Origin: Nitrosopumilus sp. | GTDB lineage: Archaea > Thermoproteota > Nitrososphaeria > Nitrososphaerales > Nitrosopumilaceae | DNA: 64,000 bases | Assembly: GCA_963667665.2 (NCBI GenBank) | Contig: OY763927.2 | Coordinates: forward strand, 1,792,001 to 1,856,000 | Reading direction: 5' to 3' | Shown here: in pieces, positions 43,084 through 51,340 of the stretch | How positions within the stretch are numbered: the stretch's first letter is position 1 | Layout: every line of letters starts with the position of its first letter | Position numbers and translations under genes: made by a program | Notes under the pieces: model-generated | What the model was told of the DNA's origin: nothing | Seen by the model: only the letters and a program-made list of their open reading frames with translations | Database searches by the model: none

Positions 43084-43272
43084 TACAACTGCAATCCAGG
43101 AGCATTTAGAGATCAAATAGTTCTTGATCAAGAAGACTCCCAATGGCATTTTAACAAGCAAATTAAAGAGCCAAATCCATCATTCCTTGATTATGCATCA
43201 CCAGTTTGGTGGTGGGTATATTATACTGCAGTATGGCATGCTGATGAAATAGGAACTCCTACACAGTGGTAA
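43084..43272 (+). pseudogene. C-terminal cassette 1 of a Trp-rich 'FRDQ...EPN...PxWWW..Y...WH' protein, cut by IS630
   Basis: YNCNPGAFRDQ...KEPNPSFLDYASPVWWWVYYTAVWH. The first 9 aa of the tracked ORF derive from the IS end. Confidence 0.7.
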
Positions 43273-43338
43273 CCCCACTTTTTTTTATTATATTAAAATT
43301 ATATGTAATACCGCAGTATCAAAAGTTAGGATTATAAA

Positions 43339-43530
43339 ATGACTAATTTTTTCTGGTATTTACTTTCATCATTATTTGGATTCGTGGGGTATGTTATGGT
43401 TGCAAATTCATTAGCATATGAAAACAAAAAAGTAATTAAAAAAAGCCTGTACTTGGCCAGTATCTCAACAGCTGTTTATTTTGTATTATTCATATTGTAT
43501 GTGATAACGTTTTCACAATCCAATGATTGA
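43339..43530 (+). CDS. Small two-TM membrane protein (immunity-like position)
   Basis: 63 aa, two hydrophobic helices, directly after cassette 1. Confidence 0.65.
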   Translation: MTNFFWYLLSSLFGFVGYVMVANSLAYENKKVIKKSLYLASISTAVYFVLFILYVITFSQSND

Positions 43531-43572
43531 TAGTATTAGATCAAAAGCCCTTCGAGTCTAGGATCGGATTTA

Positions 43573-43800
43573 ATGATTTCATTTAAGTATGGAGGATGTA
43601 CTGGCGGTGAATTTAGAGATCAACAGGTCATAACTCATGACAACATAGGATATAATCAGAACTTCTATGTTGGTGGTCAAACCTACAAAGGCATAGGTGC
43701 AACAGGTCAATTCAATGAGCCAAATTCAAACTTAAACGAATATGTCGCCCCTACGTGGTGGTGGGATGTTTATGTTTGGCAATGGCATGAAAGTAACTAA
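43573..43800 (+). CDS. C-terminal cassette 2, paralogous to cassette 1
   Basis: KYGGCTGGEFRDQ...NEPNSNLNEYVAPTWWWDVYVWQWH. Confidence 0.7.
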   Translation: MISFKYGGCTGGEFRDQQVITHDNIGYNQNFYVGGQTYKGIGATGQFNEPNSNLNEYVAPTWWWDVYVWQWHESN

Positions 43801-43821
43801 CACTTTCTTTCCTTTTTTATT

Positions 43822-44052
43822 TTGAATAAAAGAAAAATTTTAATCATTATTGGAATTATATTATTAATACCAATTTTAATAATCTGTACAGTTTTTTCAT
43901 TTTATGCAATAGATAACTATCTAGAACACCATTATTGTAAAAAGGGAGGAGGATTAGAGTACGAGGACAGTATGCTTAACACATGTATTTATCCAGTCAT
44001 AGATTCACTCAATGAATCACAACAATCAACTTGGATTAATACAGATCCATAG
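43822..44052 (+). CDS. Small membrane-anchored protein with two extracellular Cys
   Basis: Basic N-terminus, one TM helix, C..GG...C. Confidence 0.6.
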   Translation: MNKRKILIIIGIILLIPILIICTVFSFYAIDNYLEHHYCKKGGGLEYEDSMLNTCIYPVIDSLNESQQSTWINTDP

Positions 44053-44324
44053 TGTTGGTGCAACATATACTACAACTAACCCCTTTTTCTTTTTTTATGA
44101 CTTCTAAAAAATTAAAAATAATTTATTATGTATTGATTTTGTATGGGGGTGTTGGTGTTATCTCATTAATATTCTATTTTCCATCATTTGTGTACAATCA
44201 AGATGATGTACCTGGTAAAATTATATCAGTAATTTACACATTTATTGTTATTTTTGTACCGTTATCTATTGGAATAATACTATTTTTTAAATCAAAAACT
44301 ACAAGACCGCGTGATTATCAGTAA
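44052..44324 (+). CDS. Small two-TM membrane protein (likely ATG start at 44097)
   Basis: MTSKKLK followed by two hydrophobic helices. Confidence 0.6.
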   Translation: MLVQHILQLTPFSFFMTSKKLKIIYYVLILYGGVGVISLIFYFPSFVYNQDDVPGKIISVIYTFIVIFVPLSIGIILFFKSKTTRPRDYQ

Positions 44325-44342
44325 CCAAAATATTTGGTAATT

Positions 44343-44370
44343 CAGCCAGATATTATGTAATAACTCTATT
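44343..44370. other. Putative attR of the island
   Basis: CAGCCAGATAT-TATGTA-ATAACTCTATT, sharing a 14-bp core with 22790-22803. Confidence 0.6.
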
Positions 44371-44386
44371 CTGGATATGATATGAT

Positions 44387-44797
44387 TTGCTGAAACAAAT
44401 AACTGCTACAGGGGTAATTGGAGTAGTAATTGTTGTAATTATTGCTTTATTTTCTTCTAATTCTTCTACTGAAGAAACTGTTGATGAAACAGACTTGTTC
44501 ATTAAAGGCGATGTGATAATGCCAACAAAAGTTTCTCGCCCAGGATGTGAAGAAACTGATAGATGTTATATTCCCTCTCTCATTGTAATTGAAAAAGGAA
44601 AACAAGTAACATGGGTAAATGAAGATTCAGCGTTTCATAGTATCACTTCTGGTTTTTACGATACACCAACTGATCTTTTTGACAGTGGACATTTAGATCC
44701 ATTTGAATCCTATACTCTTACTTTTGATGAAACAGGCACATATGATTATTTTTGTACTCTTCATCCTTGGATGAAAGGACAGGTAGTTGTTGAATAA
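44387..44797 (+). CDS. Membrane-anchored plastocyanin-like blue copper protein
   Basis: WVNEDSAFHSITSG and type-1 Cu ligands YFCTLHPWM. Confidence 0.92.
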   Translation: MLKQITATGVIGVVIVVIIALFSSNSSTEETVDETDLFIKGDVIMPTKVSRPGCEETDRCYIPSLIVIEKGKQVTWVNEDSAFHSITSGFYDTPTDLFDSGHLDPFESYTLTFDETGTYDYFCTLHPWMKGQVVVE

Positions 44798-44868
44798 GGT
44801 ACCCGAGGGAGTCGAACCCCCTTGTATAGGCTTTGCAGGCCCACGCATAACCGTTCTGCCAGAGTACC
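44797..44868 (-). tRNA. tRNA-Cys(GCA)
   Basis: GGTACTC/GGGTACC acceptor stem, TGGGC-CTGCAAA-GCCTA anticodon arm, GTTCGAC T-loop. Confidence 0.93.
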
Positions 44869-44933
44869 GTTTTAAAAAACACAAAATGAATAATTAAACT
44901 CTTTAGATTAGAACGAATAGTGTAATTAAAAAG

Positions 44934-46016
44934 GTGGTTTTGCCGTGCTTATACATGACATTTCTGATAAGGGAGAGAACTAGGGAAAGTTATTCTGAAA
45001 AGATTTCAAAGAAAAGTTCATCATTACAGAACTCTACAAGAATAGCACTTAACCATTTTGAAAAATTCTGTAGTGAAAAATACAGTCACTCATCAGAAGA
45101 TGTCATAGCAGAACTATTATCATTTGAGCTACGTCAGATGGAATCTGCCACTTGTGATGTATATCAAGATTGGGTTAATTGGAGTGTAGACAAGGCAACA
45201 TATCTGAACTCACTTGAAATCTATTTTTCATGTATAAAATCATACATGCATTATAGAGGTCTAAAACTAACTGACAAAGACATTAAGGAAAATGTTAGTA
45301 TCCCAAAACAAACTGAAGAAGAAAAATATCCACTACAAGTAGGAGAAATTATAACTATTTTATCTTGTGCACATTATGCCAAAAAATCACTCTACCTTAT
45401 TTTAATTTCATCTGGAATGCGTGTTGGTGAAACAGCACAAATCAGAAAAAAACACATAAAAATAATCGAGGGAAGAATGGTAATTTACATTTCTGCAAAG
45501 TTTACAAAAACCAAAATTGCAAGAACAGTCTACACATCTATTGAAGCAACTAAACACAATATTGGAAAATATAACAGAATTAATAATGAAGATTTAATGT
45601 GGGGTACAAATGACAATAGAGAATCAGCAGTAGTTGCAGAAGATAAAACATTTGCAAGTTATACAGATAAAGTTGGATTGATAGAAAGATATGATTCTGG
45701 TACAAGAAAAATCACAATACATTCATTTCGTGCATATTATCATACACGTGCTGCAAGAACACATGATCTAGGATATGCTCATAAAATGACAGGTCATAAA
45801 GGGTATCTTCCAATTTATGATAGACTATCTGATGAAGAAAAACTTGAGATGTATCTAGAATTAGAACCAAAATTATTTGTTTATGATCAAACAATAAATG
45901 AAATGAAGATTAAAAATCTCAAAGAAGCAAATAGAGAAAATGAATCACTTAAAGAAAGATTAGAAAAAATTGAAGCTGAATTATTCGTACGAAAAAATTT
46001 CAAAGAAGTGGGCTAA
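44934..46016 (+). CDS. Tyrosine recombinase/integrase
   Basis: Catalytic residues: SGMR, KTK, HSFR, GH, and Tyr (YLPIY). Confidence 0.92.
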   Translation: MVLPCLYMTFLIRERTRESYSEKISKKSSSLQNSTRIALNHFEKFCSEKYSHSSEDVIAELLSFELRQMESATCDVYQDWVNWSVDKATYLNSLEIYFSCIKSYMHYRGLKLTDKDIKENVSIPKQTEEEKYPLQVGEIITILSCAHYAKKSLYLILISSGMRVGETAQIRKKHIKIIEGRMVIYISAKFTKTKIARTVYTSIEATKHNIGKYNRINNEDLMWGTNDNRESAVVAEDKTFASYTDKVGLIERYDSGTRKITIHSFRAYYHTRAARTHDLGYAHKMTGHKGYLPIYDRLSDEEKLEMYLELEPKLFVYDQTINEMKIKNLKEANRENESLKERLEKIEAELFVRKNFKEVG

Positions 46017-46324
46017 CAAGTTTATTCATATCTGAACACATTCCAGCAAATAATACATGTTCACACATCTCAGTATGTATTGTACATGTTAGTTTTCCAT
46101 TCTGAAGAGAAACCTTGGCCACCACCTTACAGTCTTTGTCATCAATGTACATTATACCCTCACTGAATCCGATTTTTTTATAACTTGAAAAATTACTCTC
46201 TTGTTAGAATTAATATTATCAAAATACCAATACTCATGGCACCAAGTCCTGTAATTATTTTCATAATTACTAGATCCTTTACCTCAATTAAAGAATTATA
46301 AAATGATATCATAAATAACTAATC

Positions 46325-46513
46325 ATGCGAATTGACTGCTGCAGGAACTGTGGTGAACCATTAAAGGTGTTGGAATATTGTAAAATATGCGAGCAACCAT
46401 TAAAAATAAAATGTGTAAAATGCAATCATTTCACTGATGATTCAATCCACTCAAACTGTGATGTTATAATGAAATCCTCCAAATATACGTCAAAAATATC
46501 TGTTTCTGTGTAG
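46325..46513 (+). CDS. Small zinc-finger protein
   Basis: CRNC, CKIC, CVKC. Confidence 0.65.
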   Translation: MRIDCCRNCGEPLKVLEYCKICEQPLKIKCVKCNHFTDDSIHSNCDVIMKSSKYTSKISVSV

Positions 46514-46846
46514 CTTATTGTAGCTTTTTCAAAATTTCAGTTGTAAAAATTATACATTATAATGTGTAATTTATGATAATTTTCATATAATATTCCATTA
46601 TTTGTATTTAGTTCAATAAGCTACAGAAGCTACAGAAGCTACACCCTTTAAAGTTCCTTTTTGAAAAAATTATTTTTTGTATTTTATTTTTTTCTAGACT
46701 CTAGGAAAATACCCTGTAGCTTTCGTAGCTTTTGTAGCTTTTCCTAGTCACAAATCCTCATACTATCACACCAAAACTACATATCCTTGTAGCTCATCAC
46801 GCCTAGAAAATTAGCGATATCCGCAATTCTGTAGCTTCTTGTAGCT
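46509..46846. repeat. Iteron-like cluster of 11 TGTAGCT heptamers in both orientations
   Basis: AGCTACA at 46619, 46628, 46637. (T/C)GTAGCT at 46509, 46519, 46715, 46724, 46733, 46788, 46830, 46840. Confidence 0.8.
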
Positions 46847-46989
46847 TTATCTAGTCATACAACCAGTATACAACCACACCTATTTTACCACAGATTTGGA
46901 TACCAAATACGATATTCGTTAATTATAATTAAATCCCAAATAATAATTAGATAAAAAATTCTTTTATCTAATTATATGATGTAATTTTC

Positions 46990-47236
46990 ATGAAGAGCCA
47001 TTACATCGCAATCCTTGCAGCAGTTTTAGTATTGAGTGCAACCAGATTCATATTTAGTGAATCATATGGTTCATCTGCACAACCTCAGGATAGTTACATT
47101 ATAACATGTATAGGTTATGAGAATGTACCAATAACATATGCCCAACGAGTATCACATGGGTGTGCTTTAATATGTCATTCAGATTATATTTTAAACAGTG
47201 TAAGTGGTACAAATATGATATCATATGATACAGGTG
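46990..47236 (+). pseudogene. Small secreted Cys-containing protein truncated by IS481
   Basis: Signal peptide. The frame runs into IS481 sequence at CAGGTG. Confidence 0.6.
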
Positions 47237-48315
47237 CGTGACAGGTGCAAGGCTGTTCAAGGAAGCCACGTCAGAGAACGCGGTCGTGGCGCTCAGGCAG
47301 GCCATCAGGGAGTTTGGGACTCCTGCAACCATACTGTCAGACAATGGATCGTGCTTTGTAGGCAGGGGCGGCCGCAAGAAGCTTACCGGCACCTGGACTC
47401 CGACCATCTTTGAGAACGAGCTGCTGAACCTTGGCATAGAGTTGATCAATTCAAGACCGTATCACTCTCAGACCAACGGCAAGCTTGAACGGTTCCACAG
47501 GAGCATTGAGGAGGAGATACACCACTACGAGAGCCTGTCCGAGTACATTGAATACTACAACGAGAGACGACTCCACTTTTCGCTGGACATGCACAACTAC
47601 GAGACCCCGCTCAAGGCGTTTTCTGCCAGGAAGGCTACAGAAGCAATCAGGACAAATGACCCACAATGGATGGAGGTAGACACAAATGACTAGCGGACAT
47701 AATTTTCATATATTACACACCTGTCACGCACCTGGATGCATCATCAAGGTAGGTTATGAGGTTCAGGCCGCGAAAGCGCGGATCCTTCATGACGTGCCAG
47801 TCCGTATGCCACATTGAATTGGAATGCTTCCGTTCGTAGCGTATCCACTTCCGCCTGCGGGATTTGGCAGTCGACAGAACCACCAGTCCGTTCTCCTTCA
47901 TGACCTGGTATACCTTGGCGTAGCTTACATCATAATCTTTTCGCAGGTTCATCGCGGTGCGCAGCACGCCCACATCTTCTCGCCTGTGCTCGTCCAGTAC
48001 CAGTTGCACCTCGTCTGAGGACGGCCAGGTCGCCAGTCGCCCTGGCATTCTGGGGATGTGTGGAGATCCGGTAGCACAAAACTCTGCCCAAAGTCTCCTT
48101 ACGTGCCGTGGAGTCACACCTATCTGGACTGCTACCGCCGACGAACTCGTGCCTTTCTTGATCTGCCCCATTGCGTAACGTATGGCCTTGGCAGTCAAAC
48201 GTTTTGTCATCTTTTTTCTTGATCGATGCAGAACAAAATAATCCTTTACGGTAAGCTTGATCTTAACTGGACCTAATTTTCGTACAATAGATTTTCGGAC
48301 TATAACCAATAGACA
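47231..48315. mobile_element. IS481 copy with internally inverted 3' half (47231-47717 on +, 5' half 47718-48315 on -); transposase split
   Basis: Near-identical to 25853-26920. CAGGTGCGTGACAGGTG is present inverted at 47231-47247 and 47718-47734. Confidence 0.88.
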
Positions 48316-48429
48316 TAAATATTTTATAATAAAAAACAGGTCATTGATTTCTAGTCATAATTATAACGTCATTTTGCAATCGGATCGTCTAATGTCATCT
48401 TTTGGAGACATGGGGGGAGGTGACAGCAC

Positions 48430-50991
48430 TTGAACCGTCATTTATATCACCAGATTCGCACCGTGCACGTGCTGTCAGTCATTGCAGTGTTTGCCATATC
48501 TGCAGGCATTCTCCTGGCTGCACAGTCAGGATGCATCGGTGCGACTCTGGCCGGAACAGACGGCAGCTACAACACGCCTGATACAGGGCTGTCTGAGCAC
48601 GCCCCTGTGCAGGCAGTAACAGCATGGGAGGGGATGTCAAACCTGATTGTTGCCTGCCAAATTGCAGACACGTTTGCAGATATGTTGTTTACAGGCGTGC
48701 TGGATGCTGCCTATGCGGTGCATGCAGTATTGAGTTTGACTGCCGTTGATAATATCACAGATACCGTCAGCCTGAAGCTTGATGGTGTGAATGATATCAC
48801 CACATTCGTGCCGCAGCCCCAGTATGCCTTTGCCCAGACTCCTCCCGCCGACGCGTTTGTGACCACGTGGAAGACGGCATCGGCAGACCAGAGCATCACC
48901 ATCAACTTTGTGGGAGACGACATGAACATCTCATGGGGGGACGGTATGACTGAGACGAACCTCTCGGGACCCCAGACCCACACCTATGAAGATGCAGGCA
49001 ACTACACGGTCTCTGTGACCGGCGGCCTGACAGGACTTACATTGGACAGGCCTCCCGACTCCTTTAGCTTACCCGGCCTCGTACCCGAGCTTGCCTCGAT
49101 AGACCAGTGGGGCAGCATATCCTGGACCAACATGAGTAACGCCTTTGCCGGAGCCTCCAACATGACCTACATGGCCACTGACACGCCGGACCTGAGTCTT
49201 GTCACCGACATGTCCTCCATGTTCGTTAGTGCCACATCCTTTGACGGCGACCTCTCATCCTGGGACGTCTCGTCTGTCAGGGATATGTACGGCATGTTCC
49301 ACAACGCCGCCTCCTTCAACCAGCCCCTCAACAGCTGGAACGTCTCCTCTGTCACCGACATGGCACTCATGTTCATCGGCGCCTCCTCCTTCAACCAGCC
49401 CCTCAACAGCTGGAACGTCTCCTCTGTCACCGACATGTCATCCATGTTCTTCAGCGCCACCTCCTTTGACGGCACCCTCTCCGACTGGAATGTCTCCTCT
49501 GTCACAAACATGAACGGCATGTTCAACTCCGCCTCCTCCTTCAACCAACCCCTCAACAGCTGGGACGTCTCTTCTGTCACCGACATGTCCGACATGTTCA
49601 ACTCCGCCTTCTCCTTCAACGGCGACCTCTCCAGCTGGGACGTCTCCTCTGTCACCGACATGGCCAGCATGTTCTTCTACACCTCTGACTTTGATGGCGA
49701 CCTCTCCGGATGGGACGTCTCCTCTGTCACCGACATGTCCGGCATGTTCAACTCCGCCTCCTCCTTCAACGGCGACCTCTCCGGATGGGACGTCTCTTCT
49801 GTCACCGACATGTCCTACATGTTCTTCTACACCTCTGACTTTGATGGCGACCTCTCCGGATGGGACGTCTCCTCTGTCAGTAACATGGCCGGCATGTTCA
49901 ACTCCGCCTCCTCCTTCAACCAACCCCTCAACGGCTGGGATGTCTCAAAGGTGACTGACATGTCCGGCATGTTCGCCTTTACCAGTGTCTTCAACCAACT
50001 CCTCAACAGCTGGAACGTCTCCTCGGTCAGTAACATGAACGGCATGTTCAACTCCGCCTCCTCCTTCAACCAACCCCTCAACAGCTGGGACGTCTCTTCT
50101 GTCACCGACATGAACGGCATGTTCAACTCCGCCTTCTCCTTCAACGGCGACCTCTCCAGCTGGGACGTCTCCTCTGTCACCGACATGGCCAGCATGTTCT
50201 TCTACACCTCTGACTTTGATGGCGACCTCTCCGGATGGGACGTCTCTTCTGTCACTGACATGTCCGGCATGTTCAACTCCGCCTCCTCCTTCAACGGCGA
50301 CCTCTCCAGATGGGACGTCTCCTCGGTCACCGACATGTCCTACATGTTCTTCTACACCTCTGACTTTGATGGCGACCTCTCCGGATGGGACGTCTCCTCT
50401 GTCACTGACATGGCCGGCATGTTCAACTCCGCCTCCTCCTTCAACCAACCCCTCAACGGCTGGGATGTCTCAAAGGTGACTGACATGTCCGGCATGTTCG
50501 CCTTTACCAGTGTCTTCAACCAACTCCTCAACAGCTGGAACGTCTCCTCGGTCAGTAACATGAACGGCATGTTCAACTCCGCCTCCTCCTTCAACCAACC
50601 CCTCAACAGCTGGGACGTCTCTTCTGTCACCGACATGTCCGACATGTTCAACTCCGCCTTCTCCTTCAACGGCGACCTCTCCAGCTGGGACGTCTCTTCT
50701 GTCACCGACATGGCCAGCATGTTCTTCTACACCTCTGACTTTGATGGCGACCTCTCCGGATGGGACGTCTCTTCTGTCACTGACATGTCCGGCATGTTCA
50801 CTGCCTCCTCCTTCAACGGCGACCTCTCCAGATGGGACGTCTCTTCGGTCACCGACATGTCCTACATGTTCTTCTACACCTCTGACTTTGATGGCGACCT
50901 CTCCGGATGGGACGTCTCCTCTGTCAGTAACATGAACGGCAGGCCTCCTCCTTCAACCAACCCCTCAAGGCGGATGTTCAAAGGTGACTGA
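48430..50991 (+). CDS. Second copy (5' part) of the giant DUF285 surface protein, ending in the garbled junction
   Basis: Near-identical leader and PKD region to 27035 with a few substitutions, and a different DUF285 unit order. Confidence 0.8.
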   Translation: MNRHLYHQIRTVHVLSVIAVFAISAGILLAAQSGCIGATLAGTDGSYNTPDTGLSEHAPVQAVTAWEGMSNLIVACQIADTFADMLFTGVLDAAYAVHAVLSLTAVDNITDTVSLKLDGVNDITTFVPQPQYAFAQTPPADAFVTTWKTASADQSITINFVGDDMNISWGDGMTETNLSGPQTHTYEDAGNYTVSVTGGLTGLTLDRPPDSFSLPGLVPELASIDQWGSISWTNMSNAFAGASNMTYMATDTPDLSLVTDMSSMFVSATSFDGDLSSWDVSSVRDMYGMFHNAASFNQPLNSWNVSSVTDMALMFIGASSFNQPLNSWNVSSVTDMSSMFFSATSFDGTLSDWNVSSVTNMNGMFNSASSFNQPLNSWDVSSVTDMSDMFNSAFSFNGDLSSWDVSSVTDMASMFFYTSDFDGDLSGWDVSSVTDMSGMFNSASSFNGDLSGWDVSSVTDMSYMFFYTSDFDGDLSGWDVSSVSNMAGMFNSASSFNQPLNGWDVSKVTDMSGMFAFTSVFNQLLNSWNVSSVSNMNGMFNSASSFNQPLNSWDVSSVTDMNGMFNSAFSFNGDLSSWDVSSVTDMASMFFYTSDFDGDLSGWDVSSVTDMSGMFNSASSFNGDLSRWDVSSVTDMSYMFFYTSDFDGDLSGWDVSSVTDMAGMFNSASSFNQPLNGWDVSKVTDMSGMFAFTSVFNQLLNSWNVSSVSNMNGMFNSASSFNQPLNSWDVSSVTDMSDMFNSAFSFNGDLSSWDVSSVTDMASMFFYTSDFDGDLSGWDVSSVTDMSGMFTASSFNGDLSRWDVSSVTDMSYMFFYTSDFDGDLSGWDVSSVSNMNGRPPPSTNPSRRMFKGD

Positions 50992-51340
50992 CATGCCGGC
51001 ATGTTCGCCTTTACCAGTGTCTTCAACCAACTCCTCAACAGCTGGAACGTCTCCTCGGTCAGTAACAGACGGCATGTTCAACTCCGCCTCCTCCTTCAAC
51101 CAACAACAGCTCCCATCTCTTCTGTCAGACATGTCCGACATGTTCAACTCCGCCTTCTCCTTCAAGAGGTCTCCAGCTACGTCTGAAGACACTGGTAAAG
51201 GCGAACATGCCGGACATGTCAGTCACCTTTGAGACTCCCAGCCGTTGAGGGGTTGGTTGAAGGAGGAGGCGGAGTTGAACATGCCGGCCATGTTCTTCTA
51301 CACCTCTGACTTTGATGGCGACCTCTCCGGATGGGACGTC
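50930..51340. other. Scrambled fold-back junction of the large inverted repeat
   Basis: Indel-ridden DUF285 fragments switch strand several times. Confidence 0.8.

Noticed and set aside
43302-43310. TATGTAATA as a third att core (integron-like cassette site)
   Set aside because: No palindromic arms. Its position fits a TATA box for the 43339 gene.
44797-44868. tRNA-Cys as integration site of the adjacent integrase
   Set aside because: The integrase lies on the tRNA 5' side, and no partial tRNA duplicate was seen. The second copy is just the mirror arm.
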